From assembly GCA_041740355.1 (NCBI GenBank), contig JBGSMD010000067.1, positions 1 to 57,055 on the forward strand: a stretch of 57,055 nucleotides of DNA, read 5' to 3'. Within the stretch, counting starts at the first letter, position 1. Every line of letters begins with the position of its first letter. Origin of the DNA: Bdellovibrionota bacterium. Its GTDB lineage: Bacteria; Bdellovibrionota_C; UBA2361; CALJRW01. The position numbers and the translations under genes are program-made. Under the pieces are notes generated by a model that saw only the letters and a program-made list of their open reading frames with translations, was not told where the DNA came from and did not search any database. This document shows, one piece after another, positions 1-9,174 of the stretch.

Positions 1-122
1 AAAAAGCCAACCTTTACATGTATTGCATCGTTCTACTCGCTCGAAAATACTCGATAACCTGCTAGGTTGCCTCCGTTTTTCTCGCTCGTACGCCTCGCCC
101 TACATGCAAATCTTGGCTTTTT
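1..122. repeat. Long imperfect palindromic element (RPE/ERIC-like MITE), possibly truncated at the window start
   Basis: Arms AAAAAGCCAA (1-10) / TTGGCTTTTT (113-122), inner TACATGTA/TACATGCA, core AAAATACTCG...GCCTCCGTTTTT shared with the element at 21715-21872. Confidence 0.7.
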
Positions 123-277
123 CATCAGCAACTTTCAGGACTGTGACAATAAATCTCAGGCAACTGTAGAAGCAATTCCTTCGATATTACTGACTAGTCA
201 ATGTAAACCAAAAAAGTTAAGCTCCTGGGAGGTTACGTAAGTTTCCTCCCAGGCTTTCACCTCCCAAGGAGTAATTT

Positions 278-592
278 ATGAATAATGAAAATTTCTTATC
301 AAAATACGGATTAAGCGTAGAGCCGGGAAGTGTGAAAATTGGTGAGACCTACCCAATCTACGGGATGATTACAAATATTATTAATGACCAACCAGGTGAA
401 GTTTTAGTCGAAATTAACTTTACAATTAAAGCTTACTTAAATTTAACATCCAAAGAAAAAGTTGAACTTATTAAAAGAAGATCTTTTGACCCAGCAATTT
501 TCGTATCCACAATCATTGATATGGAAAGTGGAAACACGGTGATTGATTGTCACACTGTTGTTTTCGGTAAAAAATCTGAATTTGACGCGTAG
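278..592 (+). CDS. Hypothetical protein (104 aa)
   Basis: ATG with AAGGAG SD at 266-271; no family recognised. Confidence 0.75.
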   Translation: MNNENFLSKYGLSVEPGSVKIGETYPIYGMITNIINDQPGEVLVEINFTIKAYLNLTSKEKVELIKRRSFDPAIFVSTIIDMESGNTVIDCHTVVFGKKSEFDA

Positions 593-732
593 TATTAATA
601 AATAATTACTCTAGTAACACCCTTCCTAAAATAGTAAATTAAATACATTGATACCTGTATGGTATTTCGTTTATACAACTATGTAGTGTATATTTTTGTT
701 CATAATTTGAACAACTCTATAGGAGAATCCTA

Positions 733-1062
733 ATGTCTAAAGACTCAATCGATGAAACTTTTGCCAAAATGGCGCCACTAGTTTTAGCTTCTGGGATGGT
801 ACTTGGTGATGAAGCCAGTCCTGTTTGTTATGCTTTCCGAACTGAAATTAATAACGAGTATGATTCAGGCTGGCATTTTTGGAGCGGTGAAGAAGATGAA
901 GATTACGTTGATGATCTAAGTCATTTTACGGTCTGTTCACTAAATTTCTTTCTTGATCAAGATCCATCTATTAAAAAAATCTTGGAAGAACCAATTGGAA
1001 CATTTTGGGAGAGAGAGCCAGGGGGCGATTGGCAGCCAGTCGAATTTGATGATGAAGAATAA
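733..1062 (+). CDS. DUF2185 / Imm33-like protein
   Basis: DSGWHFWSGEEDEDYVDD and DPSI...P.GT.WER motifs; AGGAG SD. Confidence 0.8.
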   Translation: MSKDSIDETFAKMAPLVLASGMVLGDEASPVCYAFRTEINNEYDSGWHFWSGEEDEDYVDDLSHFTVCSLNFFLDQDPSIKKILEEPIGTFWEREPGGDWQPVEFDDEE

Positions 1063-1067
1063 TTTCT

Positions 1068-1772
1068 GTGGAAAATAAAGCCAATTCTCAATTAGATCCA
1101 AAAGCAATAATTGAAACAATTCGTATTTTATCGGAGCGAATTCATGAACGCTTCCCTGATTCCGGGCTAGAGCAGGTATCAAAGTCTCTGTTATCAACAG
1201 CACAAGATTTAAATGCTAAAATTTTGGAACTAGATCGCCCCATTCTTTGGATAAGAATTGTTACATACTTGCTAATTGCACTTCTGCTATTTGGAATTAT
1301 TGGTCTCTTCTTTGCTGCAAAACTGCCCGAACAGTTTCACTTCTTTGAATTTATTCAAGTCTTAGAGTCAGGCATGAATGATGTTGTCTTAGTGGGGATT
1401 GGAATTTTCTTTTTGGTTACTTTTGAAGAACGCATTAAAAGATCCCGAGCTTTAAAATCTTTGCACGTTTTACGATCTATTGCCCATGTAATTGACATGC
1501 ATCAATTAACGAAAGATCCCGAAAGACTTCAACCTAAATTAATTTCTACAGCTTCATCACCGAAACTCCCCTTAGACCAATTTCAACTTGGTCGTTACTT
1601 AAGTTATTGTAGTGAGATGTTATCGCTTGTTGGAAAGCTAGCAGCGCTTTACTTGCAACACCTAGACGATCCAACCGTCCTTGATTCGGTGGATGAGATC
1701 GAAGGTTTAACTACTGGACTCTCTGGTAAGATTTGGCAGAAGTTAAATGTCCTACATAGTATAAAAAACTAA
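1068..1772 (+). CDS. Conserved hypothetical membrane protein (2 TM)
   Basis: Two hydrophobic helices; conserved-looking AHVIDMHQLTKDP and RYL.YCSEMLSL motifs. Confidence 0.75.
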   Translation: MENKANSQLDPKAIIETIRILSERIHERFPDSGLEQVSKSLLSTAQDLNAKILELDRPILWIRIVTYLLIALLLFGIIGLFFAAKLPEQFHFFEFIQVLESGMNDVVLVGIGIFFLVTFEERIKRSRALKSLHVLRSIAHVIDMHQLTKDPERLQPKLISTASSPKLPLDQFQLGRYLSYCSEMLSLVGKLAALYLQHLDDPTVLDSVDEIEGLTTGLSGKIWQKLNVLHSIKN

Positions 1773-2536
1773 TTTTCAAGATTACATAATGTTTTTACAT
1801 TATTAGGTCTTTGTAACTTAAGTCTTACTTTTGTGATACAGAGGACTAGAATCATAAATATTAAAGGTGTGCAGAAAAGCTGAATAATAAATAATATCAG
1901 AAAGTCTTCATTAAGTGATATCGAATAAAACATAAGTGCCGTGCAACTTAGAATAATAATTACTGGAATAAGATAAGTAAATTTTAGACGATCTTGATTT
2001 CTGTGATTAAGATCTGTAAATCCAAGGTAGAAGAATGGTGTGGTCCAGAGAGTTAGAAAGCCTAAGTAAATACCTAGGCTTGGAAAAAGTTGGTTATAAT
2101 TACCTGTTGTAATTGAAAGCCCCTCCATCGTTATTAGGAGAAAAAATAAAAATTGAATATTCCAGATAGTTGAAAAAAAGATAGCTAACCAGATACGTCC
2201 TTTGATATTTTGAGAGATATGGATAATTTTACCAGCAAAAATTAAGCCAATTGATAGGGAGGTGAGGCAAGACAAAGCAATTACGACAACAGTCGAAATA
2301 CATTTTGCCGCGGCACTCAAGAGTAACTCTAAGTTTGAGTTAGCCATGCCATGCTCACTATTAGAAAAAACCATTATGATAATAGTTGCTATAAGTAACT
2401 TAAGTGATAAATAGCTGAAAGTGAGGAATAGAGGCTTGTAATAGCTTCGTATAAGTCTCCACTGGAGTTGTTCTTTTGGAAGTGTATTCAATGGATCTAT
2501 CAAGTCAGTCTGATCACTATGTTTTGAATTTGTCAT
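1769..2536 (-). CDS. Hypothetical multi-pass membrane protein
   Basis: About 6 hydrophobic segments; abuts the upstream ferritin-like gene. Confidence 0.7.
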   Translation of the reverse strand: MTNSKHSDQTDLIDPLNTLPKEQLQWRLIRSYYKPLFLTFSYLSLKLLIATIIIMVFSNSEHGMANSNLELLLSAAAKCISTVVVIALSCLTSLSIGLIFAGKIIHISQNIKGRIWLAIFFSTIWNIQFLFFLLITMEGLSITTGNYNQLFPSLGIYLGFLTLWTTPFFYLGFTDLNHRNQDRLKFTYLIPVIIILSCTALMFYSISLNEDFLILFIIQLFCTPLIFMILVLCITKVRLKLQRPNNVKTLCNLEN

Positions 2537-3316
2537 TTAATTAGCCTTAATGAAATTTATTGATTGGGAAAAACGACTATCTTGAGATAGAAGCTGTCTT
2601 AAATTGTGATTGATATTTTTTAGCTCCTTAAAAGCTAATCTAATAAAATTACCTAAATTTAACTCACCGGCTTGTAGTACTTTTCTATGCTCCGTCCAGA
2701 CAACCAAGCAACTGACTAATAGTAAAAGTTTCTGAAATCTAATCATCACGCACCGATAAAAGTTAGTTTTATTATTTCTTAGAAGGAAAAGATTATATGT
2801 TTGAAAGCTTAAGTGAGTGGCTTCGTCATTTAAGATTTTCTTGCAGATATCTTTGAGATATGGATTCACTGTAGCCCTTGCTAAGGCCTGGTAATACGGC
2901 ACTGCTATAATTTCCGCAGCTAGGAGTGTTATGATTTGAAGTTCTAGCCCAGCAAGTTTACGAATAGTTCTAAAGGCTTGATCTAACCAGCAATTTGTTA
3001 GTTCGGGTATTTGATTTCCAAGCATTAGGTGTTTAAGAATTAAGCTATGATCGTTTTCCTCGCCAATAAATGCTTCCATTGCAAAATAGTATTCAGGATC
3101 GTTTAGAAGAAGTGATTGTTGCTTGGCTAGTCTTTTGAGGTTGGCACCCTCGGAGCTCTCACCCAATTGAAATTGTTGAATTGAAGAGCTAATAATTGCT
3201 AGTTCTTCCGAGGAGAGCCTAAGATCTTTCCTTTCTAAAAAACTAGCTATATATTTTTTATTATTGTCAAAATGTTCTTTCCATTTTGTTGAAGTATAGT
3301 TTTCGTAATTGCTCAT
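2537..3316 (-). CDS. Ferritin-like di-iron domain protein
   Basis: Ligand pattern QFQLGE / EENDH / AE / DEATH (E, ExxH, E, ExxH). Confidence 0.8.
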   Translation of the reverse strand: MSNYENYTSTKWKEHFDNNKKYIASFLERKDLRLSSEELAIISSSIQQFQLGESSEGANLKRLAKQQSLLLNDPEYYFAMEAFIGEENDHSLILKHLMLGNQIPELTNCWLDQAFRTIRKLAGLELQIITLLAAEIIAVPYYQALARATVNPYLKDICKKILNDEATHLSFQTYNLFLLRNNKTNFYRCVMIRFQKLLLLVSCLVVWTEHRKVLQAGELNLGNFIRLAFKELKNINHNLRQLLSQDSRFSQSINFIKAN

Positions 3317-3338
3317 ACTGACTCAATTATTAATAAAG

Positions 3339-3650
3339 TTATTGTTTGGTAATTTTTGAAAGTAAGTTTTCTAAAGTATTTAAATAACTTAACAATTCTT
3401 TTTTGCCTTCAGCAGTACAGAGGTAAGTAGTTTTTGGTTTACGGTCAACAAATTCTTTGGTGACTTCAACAAAGCCCACTTCTTCTAACTTTCTGATGTG
3501 ACTAGACAGATTCCCTTTAGTAAGATCTAGAGTATCTAGCAGAGAGTTAAATTCCACTGGATCTTCACTGGCGTAAAGAGTTGTCATGATGGCGAGTCGA
3601 ACCCGATCTGTTAGAATCGGGTTCAAGTCAATTAATTCACTTGGTTTCAT
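3339..3650 (-). CDS. Winged-helix transcriptional regulator (ArsR/MarR-like, HTH_34 type)
   Basis: RVRLAIMTTL...LTKGNLSSHIRKLEEVGFV...KPKTTY; likely start is ATG 3650 after GAGG (ORF track starts at 3671). Confidence 0.85.
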   Translation of the reverse strand: MKPSELIDLNPILTDRVRLAIMTTLYASEDPVEFNSLLDTLDLTKGNLSSHIRKLEEVGFVEVTKEFVDRKPKTTYLCTAEGKKELLSYLNTLENLLSKITKQ

Positions 3651-3651
3651 C

Positions 3652-4362
3652 TTAAGCCTCTTTGTTCTCAAGTTGAATTTTTGCTTCGATTGATTTTATT
3701 TCATGTCGCAGATATCCAATCGAACAAAGTCCGGCAAGACAGAACGCTGTCCCAGGGTAAACTAATAGCGGAGAACCTACAGCAAATTGTATTAGGCCTC
3801 CTAATAGACAAGCGACACCCAAGGTTAATCCCGCTCTAAGCGGAAGTTTGAAGAATCTACCTTGTAATAAGTAGTCCGCAATAAATAGTAAGAACATCGG
3901 TGCGATCCATTCTGGCTTTTCTGCGAAAATTAAAATTGAAAATACGACGAACTTAAGGAATAGGTCTGATCCAAAATTTAAGTTGTTAAGATATTGAAAA
4001 TTCCTAGCCAAGTAGTCATTGAAATCACGGTCAGCATCTTTTGCTGATCTAAAAATCACAAAGTAAATTGCCGCAAAAATTAGCACTAAAGCGAAACCAC
4101 AATTTAGTAACCCAGGAATGCGCATGTTTTCATAGGTTGCCGAATTAAGTAGGTTCAACGTGTTAATGTTGCCAGCAAATAGCTCCACAAAGGTGAGTAG
4201 CCCAGCGGAAGCAAGTGCCCAAGTTTGGATATTTAACCCAGTCTTCAAAGCACTTCTTTGAACCTGCTTATTTGTAACGTTTCGATTGTCCACGTTATCG
4301 ATTGTGCGTCGGATAGCGTTTAAATCTTCGATTGCTTTTTGTATTTGTGTGTCTGATACCAT
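3652..4362 (-). CDS. Membrane protein, first gene of the wHTH operon
   Basis: N-terminal amphipathic helix (AIEDLNAIRRTI) followed by about 6 TM; GGAGG SD. Confidence 0.75.
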   Translation of the reverse strand: MVSDTQIQKAIEDLNAIRRTIDNVDNRNVTNKQVQRSALKTGLNIQTWALASAGLLTFVELFAGNINTLNLLNSATYENMRIPGLLNCGFALVLIFAAIYFVIFRSAKDADRDFNDYLARNFQYLNNLNFGSDLFLKFVVFSILIFAEKPEWIAPMFLLFIADYLLQGRFFKLPLRAGLTLGVACLLGGLIQFAVGSPLLVYPGTAFCLAGLCSIGYLRHEIKSIEAKIQLENKEA

Positions 4363-4373
4363 AAAACCTCCAT

Positions 4374-4396
4374 ACTAGTTTGTTATACAAACCAGT
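4374..4396. promoter_or_regulatory. Candidate operator inverted repeat
   Basis: ACTAGTTTGT-TAT-ACAAACCAGT (9/10 arm match) immediately upstream of the SD of the wHTH operon. Confidence 0.5.
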
Positions 4397-4502
4397 CTAT
4401 AGAACTTTCTCTTTTGATTCAAGTAAATAAAATGATCATTCGGAAATAATAGTATTGCTATTGATGAATTAGGAAGTTTTCTAATATATTCAGGAGCTTG
4501 GA

Positions 4503-4650
4503 ATATAGTGATGACAAAAAATAAATTACGTAAAAATCAAATAGATTGAGTTGTTTTTTGTCATAACTATATAATTTTATTATCCCTCCGGGGGATAGAA
4601 AGCTCCAAAAAGTAATTTCCTTACGTAAATTACTTTTTGGACTTTCTATA
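4503..4650 (-). repeat. Family A double-hairpin dispersed repeat, copy 1 (inverted)
   Basis: Reverse complement matches 14152-14296 and 56917-57055. Confidence 0.9.
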
Positions 4651-4684
4651 ATTAGCAATTTGAAATTCTTTACTTAAAATATCT

Positions 4685-5881
4685 ATGATTAGAAACCTAT
4701 TATTAATTATCAGTTGCCTCAGCGCGGTTATTGGTTTTCGGGCAACGGCCGAAGTTCCAAATTTAACCCATAGTAGTAGCCAATTTGCCCTTGAGTTATA
4801 CAAGGAGTTACAGACGGAGAAGGGTAATTTATTATTTTCTCCTTATAGTATCTCTACGGCTCTGGCGATGACCTATGCCGGGGCGCGGGGAAGTACTGCG
4901 AAAGAAATGTCCCAAGTTTTAAAATTCCCCTTAGATCAAACAGAGCTTCATTTAGCCTTTGCCAATTTGCAATCTGGTTTAAATGCCATTGAAAAAAAAG
5001 GGCAAGTGCAATTACGAATTGCTAATTCTTTATGGCCCCAAATAAAGTTTCCAATTCTTCCTGGGTATCTTTCACTAATCAAAAATAATTACGGTGTTGA
5101 TGTAAAGGGACTTGATTATCAAAATAAAACTGAAGAATCACGTTTGGAAATTAATCAGTGGGTAGAAGCAAAGACTGAAAATAAAATTAAAGATTTAATA
5201 CCTAAGGACTTAGATCCACTAACTAGACTAATTTTAGTAAATGCAATTTATTTTAAAGGCAACTGGGCGCTTCCTTTTAATCCCGAAATTACAAGTGATG
5301 GTAGCTTTTATTTAAATAGTAAGGAGGAAAGGCAAGTTCCACTGATGAAATTGACAGATTCCTTTGGATATCATGAGTCAGCTGAGTTGCAGGTTTTGGA
5401 AATGCTTTATCAGGGAAATGATTTATCATTGTTAGTATTTTTACCTAAGAATCAGGATGGCTTAGCACAACTAGAAGCAGATCTTACAAATTATAAATTG
5501 GATAAATGGCAAATGAGCCTTAAGCCACGAGAAGTTCAAGTAGTTTTTCCTAAGATAAAAATTGAGTCTGATTTTGATTTAAGTAAGTCTTTAGCGCAAA
5601 TGGGCATGTCTAAAGCCTTTTCTGAACAAGCAGAGTTTGATGGCATCACGGGTAAGGAACATGCTTTATATATTTCTAAAGTTCTACACAAAGCATTCTT
5701 AGAAATTAATGAAACTGGGACAGAGGCAGCCGCAGCTACTGCCACAATAATGATGCCAAAGAGTGCCGTAATCGAGAAACCGAGTCCTCTCTTTCGTGCC
5801 GATCATCCCTTCCTTTTTGCTATAAAAGATAAGGCTTCTGGAATGATTTTATTTATCGGGCGAGTTGTAAATCCTAAGTAG
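4685..5881 (+). CDS. Secreted serpin (serine protease inhibitor)
   Basis: Signal peptide; SPYSI, LVNAIYFKGNW, hinge ETGTEAAAAT, FRADHPFLF. Confidence 0.95.
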   Translation: MIRNLLLIISCLSAVIGFRATAEVPNLTHSSSQFALELYKELQTEKGNLLFSPYSISTALAMTYAGARGSTAKEMSQVLKFPLDQTELHLAFANLQSGLNAIEKKGQVQLRIANSLWPQIKFPILPGYLSLIKNNYGVDVKGLDYQNKTEESRLEINQWVEAKTENKIKDLIPKDLDPLTRLILVNAIYFKGNWALPFNPEITSDGSFYLNSKEERQVPLMKLTDSFGYHESAELQVLEMLYQGNDLSLLVFLPKNQDGLAQLEADLTNYKLDKWQMSLKPREVQVVFPKIKIESDFDLSKSLAQMGMSKAFSEQAEFDGITGKEHALYISKVLHKAFLEINETGTEAAAATATIMMPKSAVIEKPSPLFRADHPFLFAIKDKASGMILFIGRVVNPK

Positions 5882-5948
5882 ATCTACCAGTTCAGTTTTA
5901 TTTTACTAAACAGTTTGAAAGGTAGTAAGTCACATTTTTATTTTCTTC

Positions 5949-6112
5949 GTGATTGAGTTTATTTTTCTCTACGCGAGGGATTCAAAAATATTAATTTTTA
6001 ATATCGCTTAGTACAAATCGGGTGTAGTTATTAGATAGGATGGCATTTAATGCACCCTAATTAATAATTAGCGATTATCTTGGACAGTCACCAACAAATA
6101 ACTTAGAATCAC
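5949..6112. repeat. Long imperfect palindrome
   Basis: GTGATTGAGTTTATTT / AAATAACTTAGAATCAC; inner ATCGCT/AGCGAT and GGGTGTA/TGCACCC. Confidence 0.45.
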
Positions 6113-6154
6113 TATCACAAACCAAGTCTGAAAAATAGCGATATCAGATTAATC

Positions 6155-6215
6155 TATAAAGAACCCAAAAAACGATTTCCGTTAAAGAAATTATTTTTTG
6201 AGGTTTGGGCTTTAG
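6155..6215. repeat. Degenerate family A-like hairpin module
   Basis: CCCAAAAAACGATTTCC...GAAATTATTTTTTG resembles CCAAAAAGTAATTTCC...AATTACTTTTTGG. Confidence 0.5.
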
Positions 6216-6351
6216 CGTTTAAATATTGATTTTGAAGAAATCAATATTTATCGGCTTTTCAAATCCTGGTTAACCCAGGTTTGAATGCCTAAAAACAACA
6301 AATATAGTAAACTCAACATGAATTCCGAAAAAGTTTTTCGGAAATTCATTC

Positions 6352-6984
6352 TTGGGTTTACTATATTTTTCATTACTAATCATTATGCTAGCAGATCTAG
6401 AAGAACTTAGTACCAGTCGCAAACAAATCAATCTAAAAGAGACTTTTTCACAATCAGTTCGCATGATTTTGCGTAATATTTTTCTCTGGTATGCGGTGTA
6501 TTTGGCTTTTGCAATTCGAATTCTGCTGCGTTTGCCAGTGGTTGATCAGAGTGTCGCTTGGAATAGCTTTAATAATTTTACTTATCTATTATGTATTGGT
6601 GTGATCATAATTGGAGCTCTGGTTTGTCTCTTAAAATTAATTTACGAAATTATTTATCGCAGTACTTATCACTACTCAATTGAAGATTCTAACTTAGTAA
6701 TTACTGAAGGTGTTTTTCTAAAACAAAGAGGACTTTTTCCAATCACCTCTATTCGTGATGTCTATTTAGATCGTAAGTTCTTAGATTTAATTTTTGGCTT
6801 ATATAATTTACATGTCTCCAACGCTAACGTGGAATCTCACACTTACGGGGATGTCAGAGGCTTAACCCCCGAAGCCGCTGTTGGCTTTCAGGATTATTTG
6901 AAAAAACTTACTGTGGTAGTTAGTCCCGAGAATAAAAAAGTGGAACAAATCGATCCGGAAGCGTTTAAGATAGAGTCTGAATAA
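6352..6984 (+). CDS. Membrane protein with bacterial PH (bPH_2/YdbS-like) domain
   Basis: 2 TM then Y.I...L.ITEGVF...I.SIRDV...LDLIFGLYNLHV; start may be ATG 6385. Confidence 0.75.
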   Translation: MGLLYFSLLIIMLADLEELSTSRKQINLKETFSQSVRMILRNIFLWYAVYLAFAIRILLRLPVVDQSVAWNSFNNFTYLLCIGVIIIGALVCLLKLIYEIIYRSTYHYSIEDSNLVITEGVFLKQRGLFPITSIRDVYLDRKFLDLIFGLYNLHVSNANVESHTYGDVRGLTPEAAVGFQDYLKKLTVVVSPENKKVEQIDPEAFKIESE

Positions 6985-6997
6985 AAGATTTAAAAGT

Positions 6998-9061
6998 TTA
7001 AGGTTGCTTATTAAGTCCTAATAAATAGGCTCTAGCTTTAACATGATAGCCAGTAAGTTTTCCTCTAACAATGTCACCAACTTCTAGGCTAGCTAGAGTT
7101 TTCGGATCGGAATGAAGTAATCCCCAACTTCTCATGCCAACCACTTTTACATAATTACGACGAGGAGTTTTGCGGACGACTTGGCAATCAAGTGTCTGTC
7201 CAACCATCCCTAGCCAATGTCGGTGGTACTCTAACATATTTAATTGAACATATTTTTCTTGAGTAACACTCTCCGATAAGTTGGCTTGATCAGTTAGTTT
7301 CTTTAGTTCACTGCGACTAAAGTTAATCTCTTTGCTCAGTAATCCACGTAGTAGGAATTGATTGACTATTCCGGACAGGCTACGTCCTTTAATATCGGCA
7401 TAGTATTCGCTTTGGGAAGCATTATTTCCAAGTGGATTAAGACTAAGTCTTGATTTATCGTGGTGCATGGTAATAATTTCATGAGCAAGATCTTCATAAC
7501 CAAGTTCCAATAGATTTTTTAAAATTCCCATGATCACCTTTGGTTGTGTTAGTTGTTTGAGTTTTACAGGATAGACGTTATCTTTTTTTAGCTTTTGCGC
7601 GATCTCTTTACGAAGAACTAACTCCAGTTCTTCAGATTTTAAACACTGTCGGAAAGTTGCATTAATTTTAAATTTTAAAAGCTTCATCCAGTTTTTTGTA
7701 AGACCTTGAACTCTTTGAATCACTGGACCTTGACTTGCTAAGTAGCTTGCAAAGTATCTTTTGGCATAACTATTTAAATTTGAGACAACTTCTTGTGCGG
7801 GAGAGCTAGAAGATTTAGTTACTTTAAATTTCCCAGCAGACATTAAGTTAGCAAGCGCGTTAGAGGCAATAAGAAGATTTGCAAAATATTGATACTCTGG
7901 GGAGTCAGGATTCTTAAAGATTTGATCTGCTGTTGAGTAGTCATATTCAGCAGATGTACTGACTTTGCCTAAAAAATGCGATTTGCTGATTAATTTATTT
8001 TTGGAATCAAAGACTACTTCCGCACACCAAGAAATTCGGATTTCACCTTTATCAAAACTAGTTGCCCGAGTAATCTCTTCTCCCAGAATTGGAATCGTCA
8101 TCGAAGAAGAGTAATAGGTAGTACCAGCTTGTTTGGCGTAATCAAAGATTGGGTCTTGGATCTTAAAAACCCAAGAGACATCAGTGGTGGAAATAATCAC
8201 TTTTCTTCCTCCTCCTGGTAGGTCTTCCAAGCAAAAAGCATCTTCTTTATCAATTACATTAAAGGAATGATCAATTGTAATAAATTTTTTATCTGTTAGA
8301 TCACGGCAAACAATTTTTGTAATATCTGGAATTTCTACTTTGGGAGGTTGAATTCCATGGATTAGGGCAATTGCTTTGCGGACACAGCTTGGCTCATAGA
8401 CCATAAATTTTTCATCAGCTAGCAAGGACATCTTATGATCTACTAGGCGACTTAAGTTCTCATCGCGCAAAATTAATAAGATTTGAAATTTATCTTCAAT
8501 TATTTTAGCCCAGTTATCAAAGAGCAGCTTATTTTCTTGATAGGCAGGAACCCGTAGAGTTAGGCTATGACTAAACCCATTGGTCGATTTAATAGCTAAA
8601 ATTTTTGCACCAAAATAAATGGCACCAAAAGGGATTGTTGTATCTACGGCTTGGAAAAGTAGCTTACTATCTAATTGCCGCCCAGGTTTGTAATAAGCAT
8701 GAGCACGACTTTTTGCTTCATGAGAAGTTGCGCTACGTGTCACTGCCTTTTGATTTCGACGAAGTCGAAAAAAAGTTTCATTTGCCAAATTAAAATTATC
8801 ACCGTTTAATTGTGTGCGATAATGAGTAGAGATATCATCTTCAAAAAAGGAATGAGTTTTTTGAATACCATGATTGCCAACAAGTTTCGTCGCTGTTTCT
8901 AAAAGATTAAGATTGCTGGTTCCGCGAAAGTAAAGAAAAAGCGCGCCACTTTCTTGCTGATAAGAAAATTTAAGTGGTGAGCTCCCATTAAAATAAGTCT
9001 TTAGCAGATCTTGAATTTCAAGAGGATTTACTCTGGGGGTGGAGGAGACATCTAACATCAC
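6998..9061 (-). CDS. Divergent RNB-domain (RNase II/R family) protein with C-terminal S1-like domain
   Basis: RDLTDKKFITID...DKEDAF, DVS, A...GTTYY motifs; C-terminal OB/S1-like segment. Confidence 0.75.
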   Translation of the reverse strand: MMLDVSSTPRVNPLEIQDLLKTYFNGSSPLKFSYQQESGALFLYFRGTSNLNLLETATKLVGNHGIQKTHSFFEDDISTHYRTQLNGDNFNLANETFFRLRRNQKAVTRSATSHEAKSRAHAYYKPGRQLDSKLLFQAVDTTIPFGAIYFGAKILAIKSTNGFSHSLTLRVPAYQENKLLFDNWAKIIEDKFQILLILRDENLSRLVDHKMSLLADEKFMVYEPSCVRKAIALIHGIQPPKVEIPDITKIVCRDLTDKKFITIDHSFNVIDKEDAFCLEDLPGGGRKVIISTTDVSWVFKIQDPIFDYAKQAGTTYYSSSMTIPILGEEITRATSFDKGEIRISWCAEVVFDSKNKLISKSHFLGKVSTSAEYDYSTADQIFKNPDSPEYQYFANLLIASNALANLMSAGKFKVTKSSSSPAQEVVSNLNSYAKRYFASYLASQGPVIQRVQGLTKNWMKLLKFKINATFRQCLKSEELELVLRKEIAQKLKKDNVYPVKLKQLTQPKVIMGILKNLLELGYEDLAHEIITMHHDKSRLSLNPLGNNASQSEYYADIKGRSLSGIVNQFLLRGLLSKEINFSRSELKKLTDQANLSESVTQEKYVQLNMLEYHRHWLGMVGQTLDCQVVRKTPRRNYVKVVGMRSWGLLHSDPKTLASLEVGDIVRGKLTGYHVKARAYLLGLNKQP

Positions 9062-9174
9062 AAAGTTTTTGAACTAATTACTAATTACTATGCAATGAAA
9101 GTATAGTTTGAATTTGTTTAATATGGAATTAAATAATGCATTTTTAAACTAGCGTCCCATAAAATTGATTTAGT

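Noticed and set aside
4458-4658. 66-aa ORF on the minus strand
   Set aside because: It runs through family A repeat copy 1, with no SD and no protein features
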